DNA from: a virus
Direction: 5' to 3' (one strand)
DNA length: 64,000 bases
Virus record (IMG/VR): IMGVR_UViG_3300012936_003490
Location: 12,957 to 76,956 of that record
Under the pieces are notes generated by a model. It ran no database searches. It was given only the letters and a program-made list of their open reading frames with translations, and was not told where the DNA came from. The position numbers and the translations under genes are program-made. Each line of letters starts with the position of its first letter. Positions within the stretch are counted from its first letter, which is position 1. Positions 18,068-26,859 of the stretch are shown here, piece by piece.

Positions 18068-18819
18068 TTTATATTACCTATGTGATTATATAAAAATCTT
18101 GCTAGTTCAGTATGTCCTTCTTCTAACGGGTGGTTATCAGGGCCAATTGAGTAATTCTTATCTTGGCACCATTCTAAGATTCCTTGTTCTCCTAGTGGCC
18201 ATATATTTTTATTCAGATCAATACATCCGTATGTGTCTATTATTTCTTTTGTAATATGATTTGGATACCTTTTGTTCCTGCATTTTTCTATCGTGCGATT
18301 AATATCATCAAATGTATGATGGTTCATTGTTAACATAACGTAAGGAATATTGTAACTTTTCAATAACATTTGTGTATCTAATATATTATTCATAGTATAA
18401 AATGCACTGCAATGTTGAGAGAAATAAATTTGATGTTTGGCAAGATGTTTGGTACTATCATTAGGAAGTTCACTCATCCTTATATCTACCCATTTCGCCA
18501 TAGATTTTTCCTTCATAAACCTGGATGGCATAAGCGGAATATAGCCGGTATTATATTCGTTTGCTGGCCAATCTTTATTATATAATTCCCATCTACTAGT
18601 CGAACTCCATTGAATAACAGCTATCTTGACTTTGTCTTTATTTTTTATTATACTTCTAAGTGTAGTTCTTGCTATTCTTGCATTACTTGAACCTCCCATA
18701 GCATCGTTAAGATGACTAGGATATCCTAGAAGTTGTGTAAGGATATTACTATATCTACTCTGTCTTTTTTGTTGTAATTCATGTCCATCAGTATAACTGC
18801 ATCCGTTTGCGTATAACAT
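18064..18819 (-). CDS. SGNH/GDSL-like hydrolase or acyltransferase
   Basis: Start placed at MLYANGCSYTDG (TAATG overlap at 18819). GxS nucleophile motif, GGSSNARI block, C-terminal DNHP...GH. Confidence 0.65.
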   Translation of the reverse strand: MLYANGCSYTDGHELQQKRQSRYSNILTQLLGYPSHLNDAMGGSSNARIARTTLRSIIKNKDKVKIAVIQWSSTSRWELYNKDWPANEYNTGYIPLMPSRFMKEKSMAKWVDIRMSELPNDSTKHLAKHQIYFSQHCSAFYTMNNILDTQMLLKSYNIPYVMLTMNHHTFDDINRTIEKCRNKRYPNHITKEIIDTYGCIDLNKNIWPLGEQGILEWCQDKNYSIGPDNHPLEEGHTELARFLYNHIGNIK

Positions 18820-19877
18820 TATAATTCCTGCATTCCTATGTGCTTGCCTATAGGTATACTTTTCTTTGAGCATTGTTTTATACATGTAGACAAGCACCCA
18901 TTCTCAAAAGAATATTTTTCACTCCAACTATTGACTAAGGCATCTGAATAATATTCACCTGCTATTATATCATCTAAGTTGTATTTGTGAAGACTGTTAA
19001 AACCTACTCCGTATTTTAAAAAAACTTTATTTTGCATCTCAGTATAATAGGTGTATCCTCTTGTCAAAGGATTTGATACAAAGCAACACGGCCAAATTGC
19101 ACCGTTGTAATCTAAAAACATTTTCTTTTCTTGTCGGAAGTGACAATCTATATCAATTTCGTTACCGTAGCTTGCAACCAAATTATCAACACTAGATATA
19201 TCTAATCTTTTACTAGCTCTATTTGGTACAGTTTTAATTCTGTTACGAAAAGCCATTGCATTTACTATACCATTTTCACTGTATGTAGATCTATCTCTTC
19301 TAAGTACAAAACGTTTCATGCCTATTTTTTTTGCAATTTTTTTACAACGCTTAACATCTTTTTTGTTCCAAGGAAATTCTAACATTTGCCATAATGCAGA
19401 TCCTCCTGCTTTTATAAAAATTTCTGCATGACTTATTATATCATCCCAATTTTCTACACCACGATACAAAAAATGATTTTCTTGCATTCCGTCAATGCTA
19501 AATCTAACCATATGTTGCGGATGCCTACATAATTTCTCGGCAAGCTCAACGTAAAATTTATTACTACGCAAACTTCCGTTCGTGTGTATGCTTACAGTGC
19601 ATTGAGGATTGTATGTATAGATAGTGTCTAGTATATCTAAGAAATATTTATGAGCCAAGGGTTCATCTACTGTACCGCAAAATTCAATTTCTTTAATTTG
19701 TCTTCCTACATCTGTATCAAATATGTTTTTGAAAACGTCTGTAGGCAAAAATTTAGTTCCTTCTTGCTTGAATAAAAATTTTGCATTAGGTGCAACCCTT
19801 ACACAACCTTGACAATCTGCATTGCAAAAATTAGATATCTCTACCTGTAATACATCTATCTGTGTCAAATACTTCAT
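18819..19877 (-). CDS. Radical SAM enzyme with C-terminal twitch domain (subfamily B)
   Basis: CNADCQGC, GTVDEP, TNGS, SIDG...YR, FPWN, C...PCC...CIKQC. Confidence 0.9.
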   Translation of the reverse strand: MKYLTQIDVLQVEISNFCNADCQGCVRVAPNAKFLFKQEGTKFLPTDVFKNIFDTDVGRQIKEIEFCGTVDEPLAHKYFLDILDTIYTYNPQCTVSIHTNGSLRSNKFYVELAEKLCRHPQHMVRFSIDGMQENHFLYRGVENWDDIISHAEIFIKAGGSALWQMLEFPWNKKDVKRCKKIAKKIGMKRFVLRRDRSTYSENGIVNAMAFRNRIKTVPNRASKRLDISSVDNLVASYGNEIDIDCHFRQEKKMFLDYNGAIWPCCFVSNPLTRGYTYYTEMQNKVFLKYGVGFNSLHKYNLDDIIAGEYYSDALVNSWSEKYSFENGCLSTCIKQCSKKSIPIGKHIGMQEL

Positions 19878-20956
19878 GTAAATTGTTCTGCATATGGATC
19901 AAATTCGCTTCCGCATTTTTGAGCGCAAACTCCTAATTTTCCTTGGGCAATACTTTCTTTTTTCCAACTATCTGATATGCTGTTAATTAATTTTCCATTA
20001 ACAACTGTTTTAATATCATTATTGATAATATTTATACCCTGTTTTCCTCCTGCAAAATCTATATGATCCCAAATTTGTTCAACACGAGGATCATTATGCC
20101 ACCATTTATACATTCGTCCAGCTGTCCAACAACATGGCATCAAAAGTCCTTCGGCAGTTACAAAAATACTACCTTGTTTTGCTACCTTACAAGTTACACT
20201 ACATTTGTCTAGATAATTGGCCATACTACCGTAAGATTTTTCAATCTCTTTTTGTTTAAGCAATGCAAGATTTTGATTTTGTTCTTGTGTTGGTTTTTGT
20301 AGTTTTTGTGTATCTGACCCTTTGCGATTTACAGCTTGATGTTCATTTTTTGGTTTTATATCAGTTGTAATAAATCTGCCTGATTTCTTCTTTACAAACT
20401 TTTCACATCCCCATACTTTTGCAAGTGCTTCTGCTTGTTCAACTTGATGTTCGTTGTGCTGAAATATTAAATAATCCCATCGAGCTCTACCTCCGGCATC
20501 AATAAATGCTCGCATGTTGCGTTCTACATTGTCCCATACAACATTCTGCCTGTACAAATGATTAGTGTCCCTAAGGCCGTCCACGCTGAAAATAACAGCA
20601 CCCATCCTGCCAAAAACTTTGGCCAGTTCACGCCACCATGCTTCATCTTTTGCTCCTGCATTTGTATTCATACTAAGCCACATGTTAGGGTTATGTGTTC
20701 TAAAATAACGAAAAACTTCAAGTGTATCTCGCGCTATTATAGGGTCTCCTAGGTTACCACACATATACATTGTTTTTAATTGTTTTATAAAAGAAGGTTT
20801 AAATATCTTAACGCAATCTTCGTGAGACAATTCTGCATTTGTAATATGAGGGTTGTCTGCACCTCCATTCATATTGCGATCACACATAGGACATGCGGCT
20901 TGACAACGTTGGGTAATTTCTAAATGTACTTCTTTAATATCTTCGTATCTATACAT
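19874..20956 (-). CDS. Radical SAM enzyme with C-terminal twitch domain (subfamily B)
   Basis: CQAACPMC, GNLGDP, SVDG...YR, FQHNEHQ, C...PCC...CAQKC. Confidence 0.92.
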   Translation of the reverse strand: MYRYEDIKEVHLEITQRCQAACPMCDRNMNGGADNPHITNAELSHEDCVKIFKPSFIKQLKTMYMCGNLGDPIIARDTLEVFRYFRTHNPNMWLSMNTNAGAKDEAWWRELAKVFGRMGAVIFSVDGLRDTNHLYRQNVVWDNVERNMRAFIDAGGRARWDYLIFQHNEHQVEQAEALAKVWGCEKFVKKKSGRFITTDIKPKNEHQAVNRKGSDTQKLQKPTQEQNQNLALLKQKEIEKSYGSMANYLDKCSVTCKVAKQGSIFVTAEGLLMPCCWTAGRMYKWWHNDPRVEQIWDHIDFAGGKQGINIINNDIKTVVNGKLINSISDSWKKESIAQGKLGVCAQKCGSEFDPYAEQFT

Positions 20957-21656
20957 ATTTCATATCTCTAAGAATAACTGGCCACAATTCCTTCCAAGTT
21001 TCTTTAGTAAAATGAGATCCATCCATGCAAAGACTTTCGTGATGTTCTAAACCATGTTTTTTACATATATAATTTCGTAAATCAACCTTTAAAACAAATG
21101 ACATAGGTTTAGTCAACTTTTTGAAGTAAGGATAATTAAATACATTTCTGAAGCCGTTTACTGACACCCAATTTACTACATGCCCTTGGTTTTTTAAATA
21201 ACCGTCTATTATCGAGCACTTACATAGTATATCATCAAATTCTAATCTTTCATTTGAAAAAACTTTAACTTTGCTAAGTGTACGAATTGCATTAGCTCCT
21301 CCAATAACTTTCTTTTTTCCGCTCCTTAATTGATCATCTATTGCTAACCAGTTGCCCATATCCTGTGTTTTGCTGTAAAAAAAAGAATAATCTTTTAAAT
21401 CAAATTCTTTTTTGACAAAGTCTCCGTAATGATAATTATCTTCATTTATCCATTCATGATATCTACCATTGCAAGGTATTTCGATAAGCCAAGTGTATTT
21501 GGATTGTTTATGCCTACTTATAAATTTGGCTATTCTTAAAAAATATGTATCTATACCATATCCGCTTATTGAAATATTATGTTTAAAATATAAATGTGCT
21601 TGTGGGTTATATTTAGGGGTAAAATGACTTGTCCCTATAAGTACGTTAGTGTTCAT
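20949..21656 (-). CDS. Hypothetical protein, possibly SGNH-like
   Basis: N-terminal IGTSH and C-terminal DGSHF (DxxH) resemble SGNH blocks I and V; otherwise divergent. Confidence 0.45.
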   Translation of the reverse strand: MNTNVLIGTSHFTPKYNPQAHLYFKHNISISGYGIDTYFLRIAKFISRHKQSKYTWLIEIPCNGRYHEWINEDNYHYGDFVKKEFDLKDYSFFYSKTQDMGNWLAIDDQLRSGKKKVIGGANAIRTLSKVKVFSNERLEFDDILCKCSIIDGYLKNQGHVVNWVSVNGFRNVFNYPYFKKLTKPMSFVLKVDLRNYICKKHGLEHHESLCMDGSHFTKETWKELWPVILRDMKYV

Positions 21657-21874
21657 GGTAAAATCAACCTCACATCTTTTCCTGGGCCAGTTTTACTAGG
21701 CAAGTCACCGTATTTTCCCACATACCAGTCTATAACAGCAACATACCAGTTTTGACTGTTGTGATGTGCTTGTTTGTTAAATTGATATATGTTGTTATTA
21801 GTAGCTTGCATAGTGCTTAGAGCTCTAGCACTTTCTTGCTGTAACTGTCTTAGTGATAATTTATTTGTGTCCAA
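21653..21874 (-). CDS. Small hypothetical protein (73 aa)
   Basis: ORF overlaps both neighbours; RBS-like GAG upstream. Confidence 0.6.
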   Translation of the reverse strand: MDTNKLSLRQLQQESARALSTMQATNNNIYQFNKQAHHNSQNWYVAVIDWYVGKYGDLPSKTGPGKDVRLILP

Positions 21875-24482
21875 TTCTCATATACCTCGTATATTTTTCT
21901 AAAGGCAACTCACCTGCAAATTTAACTTCGCTTAATGGTGCCATTTGTTCAAAATGCGAACTATCTTTGACACAATTTACATGCTCTGGCAAATCAAAAT
22001 AATCATTACTTTGCAAAATTACTAATTTACCTTGTGGAATTTTTGCATACCACTCCTCAAAGTTTTCTATATGTTCGCAACTTGTGTTTATAATAGTATC
22101 CGGAACATCCTTTAATTCTTCTATTTGGCCGTTATTTTTTACTGTTTCATACACATGACGTTTATAATCAATATCTAATATGTTCTTTGTCTGTGCTTTA
22201 AATTTCCAATTGTCAAGCACTAGATCTTTGTTGAATATTTCTGCAATTTTCCACACATTTGGGTCAACATCAAAACTTCTAATTTTATCAAACTGAATAT
22301 TGCGTTCTTGGAATAGTTGCACAATAGTAGAATACCAACCTGCACAGATATATACAGTGCCTAAATGCCAGCCAGTTATGTTATCTGCTAGCCATAATTT
22401 ACTTTTTATCTGTCCTCTACTAAAACTATCTTTGTCGAAATCAATGTTTTCTTGTGCAATAGTTTTCAAAGCCTTAACATAAGGGCTTCCTGTGTATTCC
22501 TCTAACACTTTATACAATGAATGGATATCGTTTTCCAATATCTTAAATACATTTTCTAAATTAGGACACAGTCTTCTTAGGCTATACAAGTTTTTTTCTA
22601 AAACAGCTTTGCGTAGATCATCATCGCAGTTAACAAGTCTAAAAATGCTGTGTAGATTTTTTTCAACCACTGCTTTGCGTAGTTCTTCATTAGGATCTAA
22701 CTTAAATACACTACTAGGATCTCTGTCATTATAAAATCTGCGAACATGTTCTATCTTTCCTTGATATAATAATTCGAATCTATCAAGTAAATCTACAATT
22801 TCGTTATCAAGTGTAACTTGTGTTTCTTCTATAGGCACTAGTTCAGATGGCTTTAATGTTTTATTTTCATTAAATTGTTCTTTCAACCAATCAAAGTCGT
22901 TAATTAGCCGAAGATCAGACCCCCTAGAAAGGCCAAACTCCATACCAGCCCTAGCACCTCTAATGGCATGTTCACCAAACTTTCTATCGTGTCCCACGGT
23001 TGTCCAAGTTTCGAGTCTTTCATTTGTTTCTCCTGTTTTTTGTCTATCAATTACTTTACTACTTAATTTTGCACATTCTCTAAACGCACTTCTCCAAGTG
23101 CTGAATGGATCAGTATTAAATGCAGTAACATTACTTACAACCTTTATCGGTTTGAAATGCCTGCTAATACTTGTTGTCATATCTGGCTTTGTAGTGTCCA
23201 TATTTAAGGTTAGTGTCCGAGGGAACAATTTTACTCCGCCATATCCGTATTCTAAATCATTTACAGGATTTTTACTGCGCCAAACTTTTACATAATCCTT
23301 TTCATCATCTGGAGATATGTAATCAAAATTAAAATCATCTACAATTTTAGCGTCACCGTCAACTATCCATATCATTTCTGTTGTGCATAACTTAGCGGCT
23401 TCTATATGAGCTTGATGTATGCCCTTTACCCCATGAACACGTTTTGCTCTTGGAAATCTACTTTTTAAATCATTGTAATTTTGTTCAGCTTCTAATTCGT
23501 CATAGGTGATCATTACAATATCATACAATTCTTTTTCTTGAAAATTTTCTAACAAGAAATCTTGTCCGGTACGCACAGGCGGCGTATACATACTTTTGAA
23601 GAATTTACTTTGTTCTTGTTCGTAAGGATCTATAGGAATATCAAGTTCTAGTTGTTCTTTTAGTGTAATTCCCAATGCTTGAATTGCTTCTAATAACATT
23701 TCTTTAGGATCTGTATCTGCAAGTAGATTCATTTTATTCTTCCAGAGCTCATTCAAATATTCAAAATCTCTTACATTTACAAAATCCCAATCTGTGCAAT
23801 TTGTTAGATAACAACCTTCTCTTGCTCCATAAATGGCCCATAATCCGTTTTCAGTGTCAGCACCTACAGTCTGCCAGATTTTCAATCTTTGTAAATTTTT
23901 CTTGTGTACAGTTTTTTCGAATTTAGAAATACCGGAAATTTTTTCACCTTCATATAAACTCATCTTTACACCTTCGCGAAAACCTGCTCTCCAGGCTTGC
24001 CAAGGTGTTGCATTGTTATACACGTAACTATAGACTTTGTTAATTTGCAAATATTGTAAATCCCAGCAAAAATCTACCTGTGCTTGCGGATTATTAGGAT
24101 CGGCATTTTCATGTGTTTTCATATCTAACACAACTTGTTTAGGCCAGCATTTGATGCCTCCATTACCGTACGTCAACCCATTTACAATGTTGTATCCACT
24201 CCAGCTTATCACACACTTATCAAGATCAACATCATCTTTGAATACTAGTTCTTCTTCTACAAACTTAGCGTCTATTATGTTATCTCCATCTATTGTAATA
24301 AAACGTTCAGTTTCGCTAAGTTCAGCACATGCTTTATGTGCGGCATCTGACCCTTCTACACCATGAATGCGTTTTGCCCAAGGTACTTTTGTAAGAAGGT
24401 CAGCGTAATTTTTTTCAGCATTAGGTTCGTCATATGACAAATATATAATATCGTAATCCCGTACTTTAATAATTTGACCCAT
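21861..24482 (-). CDS. Fusion of two GT-A glycosyltransferase domains and a C-terminal SAM-methyltransferase-like domain
   Basis: Duplicated domain YDII..SYDE...AKRIHGVEG...AH...IDGD versus YDIV..TYDE...AKRVHGVKG...AH...VDGD, each with DxD and AWRxxFRE. C-terminal ICAGWY...IRSFDVD...IINTSCEH Rossmann-like motifs. Confidence 0.75.
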   Translation of the reverse strand: MGQIIKVRDYDIIYLSYDEPNAEKNYADLLTKVPWAKRIHGVEGSDAAHKACAELSETERFITIDGDNIIDAKFVEEELVFKDDVDLDKCVISWSGYNIVNGLTYGNGGIKCWPKQVVLDMKTHENADPNNPQAQVDFCWDLQYLQINKVYSYVYNNATPWQAWRAGFREGVKMSLYEGEKISGISKFEKTVHKKNLQRLKIWQTVGADTENGLWAIYGAREGCYLTNCTDWDFVNVRDFEYLNELWKNKMNLLADTDPKEMLLEAIQALGITLKEQLELDIPIDPYEQEQSKFFKSMYTPPVRTGQDFLLENFQEKELYDIVMITYDELEAEQNYNDLKSRFPRAKRVHGVKGIHQAHIEAAKLCTTEMIWIVDGDAKIVDDFNFDYISPDDEKDYVKVWRSKNPVNDLEYGYGGVKLFPRTLTLNMDTTKPDMTTSISRHFKPIKVVSNVTAFNTDPFSTWRSAFRECAKLSSKVIDRQKTGETNERLETWTTVGHDRKFGEHAIRGARAGMEFGLSRGSDLRLINDFDWLKEQFNENKTLKPSELVPIEETQVTLDNEIVDLLDRFELLYQGKIEHVRRFYNDRDPSSVFKLDPNEELRKAVVEKNLHSIFRLVNCDDDLRKAVLEKNLYSLRRLCPNLENVFKILENDIHSLYKVLEEYTGSPYVKALKTIAQENIDFDKDSFSRGQIKSKLWLADNITGWHLGTVYICAGWYSTIVQLFQERNIQFDKIRSFDVDPNVWKIAEIFNKDLVLDNWKFKAQTKNILDIDYKRHVYETVKNNGQIEELKDVPDTIINTSCEHIENFEEWYAKIPQGKLVILQSNDYFDLPEHVNCVKDSSHFEQMAPLSEVKFAGELPLEKYTRYMRIGHK
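22570..22690 (-). repeat. Tandem ~23-aa helical repeat in the GT-MT linker
   Basis: EELRKAVVEKNLHSIFRL and DDLRKAVLEKNLYSLRRL, with degenerate copies on either side. Confidence 0.7.
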
Positions 24483-24484
24483 AA

Positions 24485-24985
24485 CTACTCCTGTATATGT
24501 ATGTATTCTTCAAAGCTAGATCTGCAAGTTAACCTGACATGTGTGCTATTTGTATTTTTTGTGATACACAGATCATTGTCTAAACACTCTTTTACTGGAA
24601 TTGCAATTGTTTCATGTAATATATTGTGGTTTCCTTTATCTACAACATGTATTAATTTTGTATAACTTTCCATCGACTTTAGTGTTAACTTTGTGGTATC
24701 ATCTAGATTGTGGCTGATTTTCCAGCAGTCTTTTTTCTGTATAATATGTATAGTATTTGGTTTTTTACTGTTTGATAAAAATATTTTACCTGCTTCTTCT
24801 TGATCAAGTTGGACTTGTTTTTTTATAAGTTTATTTTCAACAACAATAAAATCATTAAAATTTAATTTGCCTTCATTAAGGTCAGTAAAGATTTCATAAG
24901 ATATTTCTATGTAGGCACCTACATCATTGTTGCTGTTAGTTACAGTTAATACAGATCCTGTCTCATCATAATATAGATAATACAT
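24485..24985 (-). CDS. Hypothetical protein
   Basis: 166-aa ORF in the operon, RBS GAGGAGG upstream. Confidence 0.7.
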   Translation of the reverse strand: MYYLYYDETGSVLTVTNSNNDVGAYIEISYEIFTDLNEGKLNFNDFIVVENKLIKKQVQLDQEEAGKIFLSNSKKPNTIHIIQKKDCWKISHNLDDTTKLTLKSMESYTKLIHVVDKGNHNILHETIAIPVKECLDNDLCITKNTNSTHVRLTCRSSFEEYIHIQE

Positions 24986-25700
24986 CAGAAAATTCCTCCT
25001 CTACATAATGAAATAATCCTTTTTGGATAAAATTACCTATGTATAAATTTTTATCATAACTAAAACTAAGTTTATTAGTCCATTTTTCTGGAATATATTG
25101 CCATTCTTGAATAGCCGGCTTCATATGAACAAATTCAAAATTATTATCATTTGTTAAACCTAATATTTTACAGGCGATCGCTGCCGCTACATCAATGCTG
25201 AACCATTTTTGTTTTTTATAAGGAGTATACATATCCCAGAAATATTGCCAATTTTTACAAATCGTTTCAAATAATTCAAAAAATTTTTTAGATTTGTCAG
25301 TTTTTGTAAAATAATAACAAGCAGAATATACATTAGGCAAATTATTTGCTACAAATGTTTTTCTATAATAATTATTTTTTACTAAATTGTTTCTATAGGT
25401 TTTTACTTTCGTGGTAAAACTAATGTCTTCAATACAATGAAAAAATTTGTCAATATTTGACACACATAACATGTCAGCATCTAACACAATTGTTTGATCA
25501 AACGGCGATAGTTCAAATGCTTTGTATCTATTTTCAATCTTCCATTTAGAATCTTTAGCTAAATCTTGGTCAAATTCACTCAATATAACAACATCTTTAT
25601 TTTCGCAATATTTTTCTATTGATTTTTTCAACAATTCTGCTTGTTTTACGTAATCAGTTTTGCTGTTGTTTTGAGCAAATATTACAAATCCTTTAGACAT
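24966..25700 (-). CDS. GT-A fold glycosyltransferase (GT8-like)
   Basis: SPFDQTIVLDADML (DxD), FVHMK. Start placed at MSKG (25700). Confidence 0.75.
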   Translation of the reverse strand: MSKGFVIFAQNNSKTDYVKQAELLKKSIEKYCENKDVVILSEFDQDLAKDSKWKIENRYKAFELSPFDQTIVLDADMLCVSNIDKFFHCIEDISFTTKVKTYRNNLVKNNYYRKTFVANNLPNVYSACYYFTKTDKSKKFFELFETICKNWQYFWDMYTPYKKQKWFSIDVAAAIACKILGLTNDNNFEFVHMKPAIQEWQYIPEKWTNKLSFSYDKNLYIGNFIQKGLFHYVEEEFSDVLSIL

Positions 25701-26478
25701 TATCAATTATCCTGTCTAAACTATATTTGTTCATTACATGTACATTACTATTTTTAAATTTGCATAGAGTATTATTTTCTAATAAAAATTTTAAATTATT
25801 GTTATTGTTTTCTAACAAAGTATCTCTATCTAATGTATAAAAAATTGTAGTAGGTAATTCACTTATATAACTTTTTGAAAAATTAGACATAGTATGAATA
25901 GCTATACTGAAAGCAAAATCATTTCTATAATTCTTATCTACTATATCATAATTAAATCTATAAAACTCCCAATTTTCTTTAATATGTTTTACTAGGTCAA
26001 AAAACTTTTTTGTTGCGGCTGTTTTATTAAAATAAAATACAGTAGCCCAGTACATATTAAGGCCAGTGTCACTTATTTTATGCATCGGTGTTCTTGTTGA
26101 TAATGCGTCAACATGATTTTTACTAATTTGTAAATCTTGTAGGTCGAAACATTTTAACAAATCGTTGTTTCCTAGTATTACATCTGTATCCATTACAATA
26201 GTTTTATCAAAAGGAGACAGATCATAGCAATCTGATCTACTGGCGTTGTTCCAATTCAAACGTTTTTTACGATAAGGTCCATCGTAAAAGGTTTTGCTTT
26301 GTTGTATATTCTGATTATCATGTATTACAATATCTATGAACCTATTATTTACATCTTGATTTGTAACCAATGCAACCGGAAGGTTAAGATGTTTTTTGAT
26401 ATGTTTAGCACAATAAACTGCTTGTTTCACATAATCTACTTCATTGTTATATGCAAAAAGTAATACGCCTTTAACCAT
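25693..26478 (-). CDS. GT-A fold glycosyltransferase (GT8-like), paralogue of the adjacent gene
   Basis: SPFDKTIVMDTDV (DxD), RNDFAFS, VHVMNK; shares the G..FA.N..DYVKQA N-terminus with 24966-25700. Confidence 0.75.
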   Translation of the reverse strand: MVKGVLLFAYNNEVDYVKQAVYCAKHIKKHLNLPVALVTNQDVNNRFIDIVIHDNQNIQQSKTFYDGPYRKKRLNWNNASRSDCYDLSPFDKTIVMDTDVILGNNDLLKCFDLQDLQISKNHVDALSTRTPMHKISDTGLNMYWATVFYFNKTAATKKFFDLVKHIKENWEFYRFNYDIVDKNYRNDFAFSIAIHTMSNFSKSYISELPTTIFYTLDRDTLLENNNNNLKFLLENNTLCKFKNSNVHVMNKYSLDRIIDNV

Positions 26479-26803
26479 CAATTAATCCTGCCACATCTTT
26501 CTTAGATGATAAATCTTTCAACTGTTTGTGGTAATTTACAACAGCATTATCGTACTGAGATTGAATAGTTTGATAAAAAGACTTTGTATCTTCTATTTCA
26601 ATAGGCACATTATTATCATCCATAATTACATCTGCATTACCTATATATGCATAAATGATCAAACTTCTATCAATAGTAAATTTGCCGCCGTTAAAGTAAA
26701 TTACACAAGCATCTAAGAATTGTGTTTTTAGGATTTGTTTTTGATTATTGTATGTTTCTAGATACTTAGAAAATTCTAGTGCTTTCTCAAGTCTTTCATC
26801 CAT
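26471..26803 (-). CDS. Hypothetical protein
   Basis: 110-aa ORF with RBS GAGGT and its own consensus promoter. Confidence 0.75.
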   Translation of the reverse strand: MDERLEKALEFSKYLETYNNQKQILKTQFLDACVIYFNGGKFTIDRSLIIYAYIGNADVIMDDNNVPIEIEDTKSFYQTIQSQYDNAVVNYHKQLKDLSSKKDVAGLIDG

Positions 26804-26827
26804 ATGAATACCTCATTTATAGAGTTA

Positions 26828-26856
26828 ATTATACTATAAAATCAACAAATTGTCAA
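26828..26856 (-). promoter_or_regulatory. Perfect sigma70 consensus promoter at the head of the modification cluster
   Basis: TTGACA (26856-26851), 17-nt spacer, TATAAT (26833-26828). Confidence 0.85.
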
Positions 26857-26859
26857 GAA

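Noticed and set aside
18820-18897. Longer N-terminus given by the ORF track for 18064-18897 (likewise 9560-10807)
   Set aside because: It overlaps the upstream gene more than needed; the downstream ATGs at 18819 and 10789 give typical coupled junctions.
4922-20956. Annotating the radical SAM genes as moaA, pqqE, nirJ or queE
   Set aside because: Only generic CxxxCxxC, GGEP and twitch motifs are shared; partner genes (moaC, pqqA-D, queCD) and family-specific signatures such as the MoaA C-terminal GG are absent.
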